DNA from: Lama glama
Lineage: Eukaryota
Length of the DNA stretch: 64,000 nucleotides
Assembly: GCA_028534125.1 (NCBI GenBank)
Contig: CM052820.1
Location: forward strand, 29,946,001-30,010,000
Reading direction: 5' to 3'
In this document: one piece after another, positions 12,830 through 23,640 of the stretch
Position numbering within the stretch: position 1 is the first letter of the stretch
Layout: every line of letters starts with the position of its first letter
Translations under genes and position numbers: made by a program
The notes under the pieces: model-generated
Databases searched by the model: none
What the model saw: the letters and a program-made list of their open reading frames with translations, nothing else
Told to the model about the DNA's origin: nothing

Positions 12830-13020
12830 GAAAGTATGTGGAAACCGGCTAGAACTTTAGCTCTGTAATTTATGGACTGTTGGATTGGTCTCCTTATTTA
12901 GTCTCTCAGAGCCTCAGTCTCTCCATCTGTCAAATGGGGGTAACACCTAACTTAAAGAATTTTATGAGGATCAAAATGAATCCTGCTGGCAAAGGCTTGA
13001 ACCTTACCTAACACATTCTA
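12830..13020 (+). mobile_element. MIR SINE
   Basis: Core TCTCTCAGAGCCTCAGTCTCTCCATCTGTCAAATGGGGGTAACACCTAAC...TTATGAGGATCAAAATGA. Confidence 0.8.
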
Positions 13021-13059
13021 ACTGCAGGTTCCTTTCACCTTTCTTGCTCAGAAACTCGT

Positions 13060-14380
13060 TGTTCATTCACTTGACAAATACACAGTGATGCTTAAATTGT
13101 GCAAGGCACTGCTTCAGGCCCCAAGAGTATGAACTGAATAAGTAGGATAATGTACCTGGTGGTATGCAGTTTCTATCTTAGTGGGAGGAGACAGACAGTG
13201 AATGGATGAAGAGAGAGCAGGCAGTGATAAGTGCTAGGATTAAAACTAATCAGAATGATATAGTAGGAAATAATTGGATATGGATAGGATTGATAGAAAA
13301 TAATTATTATATATAATAATATAAGAACAATAATAATTTATGTTGGGTAGTCAGAGAGGGCCTTTCTGGAAAAGTAAGATCTGAGCTGAGACCTAAATTA
13401 TAAAAAGCAGTTAAGCCAACTGAGCCTCTGAAAGAAGAGCCTTCTATAAAGAGGGAATAGCTAGTGAGAGCTGAAGGGCAGAAATGGACTTGGAGGGCTT
13501 TATACGAGGAACAGAAGAGCAGTGTGCAGATTCCCATCCATTGTAGGCCATTTGGTCAGAGTAGAGCTTCCCCCCCACCCCAGCACAGTGAGGAGCTGTG
13601 GAGAATTTAAAGCAAAGTGGGGAGCAAGATCTGACCTACCTGACTCTGAACACCATCAGGAAGCATAGTTTTGGGGTAACAAGAGTAGAGGGAGAGAGAT
13701 CATTTCGGAGGCTATTGTAGTCATCCAGGTGAGAGGGGCTGATGGCCTGGACCACCGTGTGGGCCACAGGGATGGTGATAAGAAAACAGAAGCTGGAGAG
13801 ATCTTAGAATAAGAGGCAACAGGACTTGGCAAGGTAGTGAAGGGGATTAAGAGGTACAAACTATTAGGTATAAATTAAGTGACAAGGATAGAATGTACAA
13901 GACAGGGAATATAGCCAATATTTCATAACAAGTTCATACGGAGTATAAGCTATAAAAATCACTTTGTTGTACAAGGACTTCACTTGAACCACAGAGGTGC
14001 CATTTACTGAGGAAAACAAAGGAAGGAGCATACTTCTGGGAGAAAATTAGGATGTCAGTTCCAGATATTAAAAGTTTCAAATGCCCATTAAACATTCAAG
14101 TGAAAATAACATATAGTTAGATACATGAGCATAGTTTCAGGGGAGGGATCAGGGTTGAAGACATAGAGAGAGAAGTTTGAGAGACATTAGCCTAAGCATG
14201 GTATTTAGAGCCATGGAACTGGATGAGATTCCCAGAAGAGAGGATGCAGATGGAGAAGAAAAGGGGTGAAAGTGCAGGTCCCAGGGCAGACCAGCAGAGG
14301 ATTCTAAGGAGGAAAGGCTGGTAGAGAAAAAGCGAGAGAGTATGAAATTACAAAAGCCAAGAGAGTGTTGAGCAATGAGG
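13060..14380 (-). mobile_element. L2 LINE, long fragment, interrupted by an L1 3'UTR piece
   Basis: TTCATTCACTTGACAAATA tail; GGTAGTCAGAGAGGGCCTTTCTG, GGAGGCTATTGTAGTCATCCAGGTGAGAG, GGTATTTAGAGCCATGGAACTGGATGAGAT. Confidence 0.85.
13836..13972 (+). mobile_element. Cetartiodactyl-type L1 3'UTR fragment
   Basis: GAAGGGGATTAAGAGGTACAAACTATTAGGTATAAA...ACAGGGAATATAGCCAATATTT...ATCACTTTGTTGTACA. Confidence 0.8.
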
Positions 14381-14513
14381 ATGTGATTCACAATTTTTAT
14401 AACCACTGGGCTTGCTTCACGAAGACTTCATTAACAGCAAACCGACTTTAAACCCAATCACCAACCTGTCAACCCCAAGAGCCCCTTCAGTGTTCACTTC
14501 TCAAATATCTCAG

Positions 14514-14947
14514 TGTTATGGGTTGAACTGTGTCAACACAATAAGTTATGTTGCAGCCTTAACCCCCAGTACCTCAGAATGTGGCCTAATTTGGATATAG
14601 GATCTTTACAGAGATAATCGAGTTAAAATGAGGCCATTAAGGTAGATCCTAATATGACTGGTGTCCTTACAAAAAGGGGGCACAGAGACACACAGGGAGA
14701 ATGCCATGTGAATGTGAAGGCAGAGATCAGAGTGATGGAGCAAAAGCCAGAACACCAAAGATGGCCAGTAAAGCACCAGAAGCCAGGAGAGAGACATGAC
14801 TCCAATTCTCCTTCACAGCCCTCGCTGCCCTCAGAAGGAACCAGTATCTTGATTTCAGACTTTAATCTCCAGAGCTCTGGGACGATAAATTTCTGTTAAG
14901 ACACCCCGTTGGCGGTACTTTTGCTAGACGGTCCTAGCAAACTAACA
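14514..14947 (+). mobile_element. MaLR solo LTR, MLT1B/C class
   Basis: TGTTATGGGTTGAACTGTGTC...CCCCAGTACCTCAGAATGTG...GTTAAAATGAGG...CCTAGCAAACTAACA. Confidence 0.9.
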
Positions 14948-15699
14948 CTGTCATCATGCCAGAGGGGCAGCCACAGGTCTGCAACACTCTCCTAGCTGAT
15001 GTCTCCTTTTCTTGTATGCAAAGGACAAAATAGACTTTTGGGGCAGTGTTAGCCATAGTGGGACACATCCATGGCCTTTGTTCTCAGTGTCTGAAAAATA
15101 AACCTTTGCTGCCGGCACTTGTAAAAGCACTTGGAACACAATCACCCAAGGTGAGTACTGTCAGCTAGTGGGTTGATGGTGCAGGAATCCCACTTCTGCC
15201 AAGAAGGAGAGGAGAGGAGGCTGCAATCTTCAGGGAATAAATGAAACAACATGATGGAGTGAAACAAAAAATGAGTGTGTTTATTCCATACAGAGCAGTG
15301 AGGAGAGCCTTCCATAAAGGAAAGCCTGGCCATGGGGCATTCAGACTCAGAAGTAACCCTAGAGAAAGGGGAGGCGCAGGTCCTCCTCCCAGTTTGCCCA
15401 AGTTAGACACAGCTTATTTTGACAATGTATACACTCTGAAAGGCTTCTCTTTCACTCTATTTCTGTTCCCACAGGGTACACACTTGATTTCTATTTTTAT
15501 CCTAAATGTATAAAGTTTAAAAGAAAATGTAACTTTTTTGGGAAAGTACCCACAAGGTGTTACAGTTAAGCTGTTTTTGATCATAAGGAGAAGCTATCCA
15601 CAAATGTGTTCAACTTTAGATGGAGTCTTGGGGGAGTTGGTGACTGCTGTCAGGACCCACGTGAGGTTGTATGAGAGACGTTCAGTTGAAACTGAAAAC

Positions 15700-15950
15700 T
15701 TTGGCAGTAAAAACAGATCACACTTACATAGTGTGCCAGACAGCTCTGATAAGTACTTTGTATATGTCAAGTCATTCATTTCTCATAGTATTCCTATCAG
15801 GTGGATACTGTCCTTATACCCATTTTACAGATGAAGAAACTAAGGCAGAGGAGGTTAAGTGCCCTGCCCAAAGTTACAAAGCTAGTAAGGGATGAGCCAG
15901 GATTTGAACCAAGAGGGGCTGGCTCCTTCAAATGCTAGTCTATGCTGCCC
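15700..15950 (-). mobile_element. MIR SINE
   Basis: CCCATTTTACAGATGAAGAAACTAAGGCAGAGGAGGTTAAGTGCCCTGCCCAAAGTTACA...GAGCCAGGATTTGAACC. Confidence 0.9.
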
Positions 15951-17644
15951 CGTGGGAACCTGAGTGCCACTGATGCAGATTAGGGGTTCTCCCTCCCCTC
16001 ATCCCTCCTTCCACCTTTCCTGTCATCTCTTTCTCCCTCTCCTACTCTCCCTCCACCCTTTTTCCACTCTTCTCCCTCCACCTCTTTGTCTCTCTCAGCA
16101 TTTCTGTTCCCCCTCCTTTGGGTGTCTAGTCCATTCTCTTTTGGCCCCTGACTACTGTATTCTTTATATTCTAAGTCACCTTTCTTTAACCAACATACAC
16201 TTACTTACTCCTAGTTTCTGCTTCCTTATACCTTCAGCCTGGACCTGGCCCATCATGGCTGCTCTGACCTCCTATCGCTCACTGTCTCACTGAGGTTTCT
16301 GAGTTCAGAATCCCAGTGGACAAAATCCAGCCCATTAGGTGCCCCCCAACTGATGTGTTGCAGGCACGTGCTGCATCATTAGGAACTAAACGTGGCAGCC
16401 CATGGAGGGCCAGGCCCAGGGCAGCCACTGAGACTGATGCCTAGTAAGCAGACTGTCACCTTTGATTTTGTCAGAAAAACCGTCTGCTGATCAATTCTGT
16501 CACAGATAAGCCTGCCGGTCCAACCCTAGCCGGCCCTGGCCTGTGCCTGAGCTTCAGTGCCCCCGGTGTAATAATGCTTGTGCCCGTTGCGTGTCCCTGA
16601 GCGATGGCAAGAGCTGATTGCGAGGGAATAAATGAGAATCCTGTCTGGCTCTTCCAAGGGAAGACAAATGGCCTGGAGTTGCAAGGCATATCTGATCAAA
16701 GGGGAACCCAGGCCATCGGGAGGAGGCAAGAGACAGAGAACCACGTCATCCATCCCATGTGGAAACTCAGCAGAGACCTGCCTCTTCAGTACACCAGAGT
16801 GCTCTGTCTGGGTTGGGGGTTAAAGCTGGAAACCAGTAAAGAGAAACTGCCCGGGTAAAGAGACAAAAGGAACTCAGCCTAAGCCAGGAGTAAGCTCATG
16901 TTTGAACTGGAAAGGGAATCCTGATTTCTCTGGGAGAAAAGAGGAGAGATGCTGAGCTACAAGGAGGCTGGGCTCTCGGAGCCAGACGAAGACATCTTAG
17001 TCATTAGAGCACGTGGAGTCTCTCTATCAGGCTTCTGCAGTCACCGAACAATGAACTAGGCTCTGCAATACGCATCTGTACTTGCTCACCTGAATATAGA
17101 AGGGTGTTTAAAAAGCAAGTCTGCCAGCAATTTTTTGTCTGACTCTATCCCCAAAAAACAGGTACTTTAAATGATACATTACTATGTTGCCACATATCTC
17201 TTAACAGATTTGAGCAGATTTGTTATAGTGCTGGACAGGGTTAGTATCTTAGTATTCCCAGCCTTTCACACCTTGCACATCACTCAGCCTTCCTTTTAGA
17301 AATTTTGCTCTTTTCGTTGATACACTAGATTGACTGAAAACAGGTTTTCCATATTCTTAGAGAACAAAAATATCTTTTGCATTAAAAATAGAATCACAAC
17401 AGGCACATAGACCAATATTTAAACAAAGGATCCACCAAATCTCATATGCTGACACTAATCCATTTTTCAGTACTTCCAGAAACACCAAACAAACTATCCT
17501 ACCAGTAAATCAGAATTTGTGGAACTAGCATAATGTGTTGATGACTAACCTTGTCAACTTGTTTTTTAAATAACCCTCATCATGTATGCCATGGTAGTAA
17601 AGGGTTCCCCTCTCCCATGCATAGAGTTCTGGAATGAAAGTGGG

Positions 17645-17662
17645 CTGTTGCCATGGCAACAG
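17645..17662. promoter_or_regulatory. RFX X-box, perfect palindrome
   Basis: CTGTTGCCATGGCAACAG contains the canonical X-box GTTGCCATGGCAAC. Confidence 0.6.
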
Positions 17663-17899
17663 AATACAAGGCAGAGAACTTCAGAGAAGGGGGAGGTTTC
17701 TGTACTCAAGGCCACGGCCACATGAAAGCCCCAGGCCCCAGAGTGGTGGCAGCAAAGAGAAGCAACCTGCTATGACTTCGCACTGCCAGATGGCCCGCTG
17801 TTGACATAGGGTTCCCCCAACTGCTAATTATTTGCATAACTCTGGATCATTCATTCAAAGAAAAATAAAGACTTCACTTAAGTATGCATTGATGTACTT

Positions 17900-18110
17900 A
17901 TCAGTTTTTCTCTTTGAACAGCCTAGTATTAGAAACGTTCTCCAAACACCTAGCACAGTGCCTTACACATGGAAGCTACTTAAGTGTGTGTTTAGCTATG
18001 TACTGAATCCCTTCCCGAGCCAGGTATTACTCAAGACACAGAGATGAAAAAGGCAGGTTCCCCCTCCTCTGAGAGTTCACTGTCCAGTGGGTGGACAAGC
18101 ATATATCAAG
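17900..18110. mobile_element. Short L2 fragments
   Basis: CACCTAGCACAGTGCCTTACACATGGAAGCTACTTAAGTG (sense tail), followed by TACTGAATCCC...GCCAGGTATT...GAGTTCACTGTCCAGTGGG (antisense tail). Confidence 0.55.
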
Positions 18111-19191
18111 AGCCATAGAACCTTACATGTCAGCTTAATGCCACAGCCTTGCTCAGTTTATCACAGGGGAAGAATCCCGGAGACAGACACAGCCCGGAGA
18201 AAGAGAGGAAGGCGGGAAGGGGGGACAGGGTATGTGCCATATGATCTGAGTCCTGAAGGATAAATAAGGAGTCATGAGTGCTCCTTATCTGTCTGTTTGC
18301 TCCTTGTCCTGCTTGCTTTGAGACCGTACTGGCAGAGAGGGCAACAGTGGGCAAAAAGTTCAAGGTAAATAGCCGCACGGCCCAGGGTGGGAAAGCGCAT
18401 GCAATTTGCTTTTGCTGAACAAGAATCTGTAAGGCAGGGCATGGTACGTGCTGAAGCTGGAGATACAGGCAGCGAAGGTGTGAGCAGAGCATGGAAGTCC
18501 CTCCCTTGAGAGGGCCTGGATTGTATCTTTAGAGCAACAGAAGCCCTGACAAGGCAAAGCCTGCTTTCTGGAAGGACTCTCAGCAGCAGTGTGGAGAATT
18601 GCTTAGCAGATAACATTGGAGTCAAGAAGACCAGTTTTAAGGCTGCTACAGACATCCAGACAAGAGGCAATAAGAGCCCGAATCAGCATGGGGTATTAGG
18701 GATGGAAAAGTGAGGACAGCTTCTAGAAACATTCCATGAGTAAAATTGCATAGCTCCTCGGTATGATTCACCTCCCCAAATCCCTAAGACTCAAATCTCC
18801 ATTCTCCTCTCCATACCAATTTTAATGCTAAGAAAAACCTGGGCAAGGAAGGGTAAGATTGTCAGTGACTAAAGCTCCTTCAACAGTACATAGCTTATAA
18901 AATCATTGAACCACTTAAAATGATCGTAGTCACTTTAAAACCTATTGGCTGAGTTGATGGACAGGCAAAAATATTTCTTTCTTGGATTTATTCCAGTACA
19001 CTGTTTCCCCATCATTATTGGTCACAGGGGTCAGAAAAAGAAAGGAGATTTTTAGAAAGATTCTGAACAATATATCATTGCCAACTCAGAGTGGCAGGCA
19101 AAACAAAACTGATAGTGCTTTGTATTGAGATAGGATCATTCCTCGGAGGCTCTCCTGGCTTCACAGTGAATATTAATTTTTAGAGCATTCC

Positions 19192-19450
19192 TATAAAGTG
19201 GACAAGTGGCAAAAAGGGTTGGCTCCATTTCAGTGGGGCGGGGTGGGGGTAGGGTGGAGGGAGGGAGATACTGGTGCCTGGAGAGATGTACTGACTTGTC
19301 AGAGGTAAGGCTGGTTGGAGACAAGCCTAAGGGCAGAGTTTGGACTTCCCGGTTTCTTCTGGTTTTATCATCTAAACCCATCCTAATTAGGTTATAGTAT
19401 TTAACACAGCCTGTCCGGCTCTCATCTGAAAAGAGGATGCACAGACCTGG
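19192..19450 (+). promoter_or_regulatory. Candidate promoter/enhancer module
   Basis: TATAAAG 19192-19198, GC box/G4 tract 19235-19265, CArG box CCTAATTAGG 19382-19391, TATTTAA 19398-19404, splice donors AG|GTAAGG (19304/5) and GG|GTAATT (19450/1). Confidence 0.35.
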
Positions 19451-20242
19451 GTAATTTTCCAGATAATTTCTTTAAAAGAAAAAAACACAACAACCTCTTT
19501 TTCCTCCAAATTGTTTATAATTGATGCAATATAGGAAGCCTCACTGCTTTTTAATGAGTTCCCAAACTCAAATTCTGCCACTTAATTTTTTTTTGAAATC
19601 TGCATTTGCCTGAAATATCTCAATAATTCAAGTGGAAAGGGAGGTTTTGCCTAAATAATGAAAATGACCTCGATTTACTTTTTGGTGTAGCTAAGGGGGA
19701 GGTGGGCACTGCATGGTATGTGGCCACAGGGTGGTGGCCTGAGGTACATGGAATCCCTTTGGTGCTGAGATGGGGGCAGAGGGAAAACCTCATGCTCCTG
19801 TTCAACACTATGATCCTTTCTGTTCTCCATTAAACATTTGTGGGTATTCCTCATTCACTCATTTTGCATCAGCAGACAGCAACAGACACCACCTGCTTTG
19901 TTTCACTGATACACAGGTGAAAATGTAGGACCTAGACTGACAACTGGAAGAAACGACTCAGTTCTTACTAAAGGGTCAGCCTTGGACTCGGTTTATGTTT
20001 TTCCATATTTATCTGATGGGTAAATTGAGCTAGCCGTGATGAAGTAAGGAAATGACTGCATTTCCTGCTTTTTTGCCAAAGCACATGTCCCAGTCCTTTG
20101 TCTGACTCTAGTCCCTGTTTTCTGCCACGCTGCTTTTGTCTCTCCCTCATTCAGCCACTCTTCCCTTACTCTTGTCTTCTTGTATCTCTCAGGAAGTTAC
20201 ATTCCCCTGGATGCTTTAGTTTAGCGAAAACCTTTGATTACC

Positions 20243-20383
20243 ATGTGGTCCAGGAGCAACAGTTCAGGTGAAAAGAAGAAGTACAATCCTGAAGCTATTT
20301 TGGGGGAAGGCTGCAAGTCTACAGAGGGACCCCAACAGTTTGCCTTATTACTGGGGCTCGTAAACAAAAGCTTCAGATCTTGA
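20243..20383 (+). other. Candidate 46-aa small ORF after a strong splice acceptor (unverified, no recognised homologue)
   Basis: Acceptor CTTGTCTTCTTGTATCTCTCAG|G at 20192/3; accATG at 20243; MWSRSNSSGEKKKYNPEAILGEGCKSTEGPQQFALLLGLVNKSFRS*. Confidence 0.15.
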
Positions 20384-22219
20384 CGTGAATAGAATCACTT
20401 CCTTTGGGCTGGTGTGCGGGCAGTCCTGCTGCTCCTGACAGTCAAAAGAGCCAAGAGCCAAGAACAAAAGACGCTTGCCAGGCCACCCTGGTACCCAGCC
20501 GGAGCCGCTGGGTGTCTGACATTCCTGGCTCCCCTGCACTTACACTTCCAGACACCCTGGCTGGCTCCCTGCACACACGCCCAGGATGGCGTTCTCTCTT
20601 CTGCATGTACACATCTCCCAAAAGAAGGGCCCCTTTCTGAGACTGAATCACTTCATTTTTACACCCTAAACAATTAGACCTGATTTCCCAAAATGTAAGA
20701 GCAGTCAGCAGACTCTGTCCAAATAATCAGCTCTGCGCAGCTAAGGCAGGAGGAGAGGAAAGGAGGGAGGAGGGAGAGGAGTGGGGGGGAGGAAGGCAGG
20801 GCTCCAGAGTCTTTGTTTCCCTCCCATCTGGCTGGAAGCCAGAGGCGAAGATCGAAGAGACCTATCCTTTGTCCACTGATCTGACAGTCATCCCGAGTTC
20901 CCACTCGGCAAAATCAAAGTGGAATGCATTCACACATTCATGTCCACAGCCCACAAGGTTACTGAGAAATCCAACTCTTCCCGTGCCTAGTGGAAGCAGG
21001 ATCTCTAAGCAGCATTTCTGTTTTCAAGGTCACAATAAAATGAAGAGGTCTACTTTCTCACTGCAGTCTGTCACTGTTAGCACTCTCCTAGTCCTCCAAG
21101 GGACCAAAGCCCGTGCTCTGTGGCTTTAAGGGAAGAGAGACTCCTTCTCAGGCTCCCTCTATCAAGTCTGGTTAGGTTTTAGCATGTAAAGTTCCAGGCC
21201 ATAAATAATTCAAAAGGCATGAAGAAGATTTTCTTCATTCTCCATCTATCCCTGCATACAACACCCCTCCCCTTCCTTTCTGGCTTTTAACAAATGCTAA
21301 TTTAATCAACTGGCAGTAAATTGTACTGGTTGCTGACTCATGCCAGACACAGCCCCTATGGACATCACCGAGCTTAGCCATCTCATTTGGAAATAAACAA
21401 TAAAGAGGTACAGTCCTGAGCTGCCCACCTTTCTTCTTTTGTCCTCCTTTGTTTCCTCCTATCCCTACCCCCTCCTCTCAAAAGGATTCTTCGCAAAGTA
21501 CTATGATGTACATGCAGGGAATTCACATCTCGGTCATGCTGCCTACAAGGGTCTGCGTTCCCTGCAAGTTGTGGAGCCTCTCAACCGCCCCTGATGACAG
21601 GGATGGGGGTGTCCCCAGTGCTCCTGAAGGCTGCTCTCTAGATAAAGCATGTGGCAGAGGACGGGAAGAGGGGGGACTGAGAAGAAGGGTGGGAAGGGGA
21701 GTGAGGAAGAGCCAGCCCTCGTTAGTCAAGCTGTGAAAGCATGTGTGTCAGAGAGCTCCTTGATAAAACCAATAACGCCGCATTGGAAGCTGATTAAAGG
21801 GATGGAGAAGCAGCTCCCTTCAGTGGGCCCTTTTCACCTCTCCAAGCCAGCAGAGTTGGGGAGGGGGGAGCTCCTCCTCCCGGGGACAGTTGGAATGGAA
21901 GGTGGAGAGGACGAATTTCCTGGAGACAAGGCAGGAGCAGCAGGTAAGGGGCTGAGGCTGGCAAGAGTGGGATGAAAAGAAATGCCTCCAAAAAAGAAAG
22001 GACCAAGAGATCGGAAGATATTTATGGGAAGCCTAGGGTCTATTTCCTTTTCCTTTTGGTCTTTTATTAGCTGTAAATATTTATCTTATAAAGGATCATT
22101 CTCCATCCCCACCCCAGAGGGATTCCTTTAAAACCCTCCCCATCATGATCATCCAAATATGTGCTAAGCACTAATGCATAGGGAGGAAATGGAAGGTCCC
22201 TTACCCTCTTGTCTTCAAA

Positions 22220-22400
22220 CGCCTTATAAAGCACTTACAGTGTTCCAGGCACCATCATGCATTATTTTGTTCGTGTTTTCCTCCTGACCACCCTGTAAAG
22301 TACACAGCTGGTAGCATCAGGTCCCTTCTACAGACAGGCTAGGCTCCGTGCCAGGGCTGCTAGATGAAACAGTCCTAGCCGATGCTGTTTCCACCACGCA
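22220..22400 (-). mobile_element. MIR SINE, degraded
   Basis: TTATAAAGCACTTACAGTGTTCCAGGCACC...TCCTCCTGACCACCCTGTAAAGTA...CCCTTCTACAGA. Confidence 0.55.
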
Positions 22401-22854
22401 CCCTGCTACCTGCTGGTTTGCACAAAGTAGGTCTAACTGCTAAGATGTTAGGCTTATTGTTCATGAAGCAAATGGAATAATGGCACAGCAGCACGATTTC
22501 TGACTCCCCTGGTCATCAAACCCTGCTTCCACTGCTGACCATGTGTGCTTCAACTGTCAAAGAACTGTTTTGTGTTTAATTGTATGCATCTGCCTCATTG
22601 GATCATAAAGTCCTCTTGGCCAGGGACGTGATGTGGGGAGTTTCTGTGTCCCCTACAAGGTGAAAAAGGGGGCATGTGCTACAGAGAGCACATTCAAAAC
22701 TTCTGGTTGGTGGCAAGGACACCTGAAGGCTTTTCAAGTGGGAAACCCTGCAAGCAGCACCTGATTTTCAAATCCCCCCACTGAGGTTGATTTCTTCTGT
22801 GGTCCTCCCTCCAGTTCGGTGGCTATGTCTCTGTTCCCTTGGGTTCTTTTTGGA

Positions 22855-22906
22855 GTGTGTGTGCATGTGTGTGCAAATACATACATACATGCATACATGC
22901 ATGTGT
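22855..22906. repeat. (TG)n/(CATA)n compound simple repeat
   Basis: GTGTGTGTGCATGTGTGTGCAAATACATACATACATGCATACATGCATGTG. Confidence 0.8.
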
Positions 22907-23279
22907 CTTAGATCGACTGCATTGTTTCCTGCCCCTCCTGAGGGTTTTTTCTAGAAGGCCTCCTGCTGACAAACAGGATATACATAGTGGCAAAAGCACT
23001 TTTGCCTTGGAATGCACAATCAACTTCCTGTAGGAAACTCAGAAAGCGGAACAGACAGGGAGCCCTCTTCTCCTCCAGCACCCTCCATCCCTGCACAATG
23101 CTCTGCGCTTCTCTCTTCTATTTCACAGCTCTACGACTTTGGGGTCCCTGGGGAGCCAGGAAAGAGTCGGCCTGCACTGGGGGAGGCTTTTGCACCCAGC
23201 ACAGGGCATTCTAAGGCAGGTACCTCACTGCCAAGAATGGAAGGCGTGGTTCACTTTGTCCTTATTTGACCAGAAGGCT

Positions 23280-23640
23280 CGGCAGGGAATGCTGCCTCAG
23301 TGCCTCGCTGTAACTCCCCGGCGGTCGTAAATAAGCGCAGGGCCTGGTGTGGCTTCTTGGCTAAACGTTTGTACAGTAACTCAAATGAGGCAGCAGACAT
23401 GAGTCAGGAGGGAGAAATAAGCTGAGGAAGAGGGGGAGCGCGGGGAGCTTCAGCTTCCCAAGCCAGCGAGATGGTGCTTTCCCCAGAGACGCTCGCTGAG
23501 TCTCCGGGGACAGACTGCAAGTCCTCCCCCCGACACTGCACCACCTGCTAGAGCCATTTGCAAAGCAGCTGGTAAGAGCAGCTAAGTGAGCGAGCCGCTT
23601 GTCCGTACTCCATGCACGAGGCCGGCCAAGCCCCTGCACG
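23280..23640. promoter_or_regulatory. Weak CpG-island-like regulatory element
   Basis: About 20 CpGs in 360 bp by hand count, against a CpG-depleted background; GTCGTAAATA 23324-23333, AP-1 TGAGTCA 23400-23406, CTCF-like CTAGCAGGTGGTGCA on the minus strand at ~23537-23551, donor CTG|GTAAGA at 23571/2. Confidence 0.5.
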
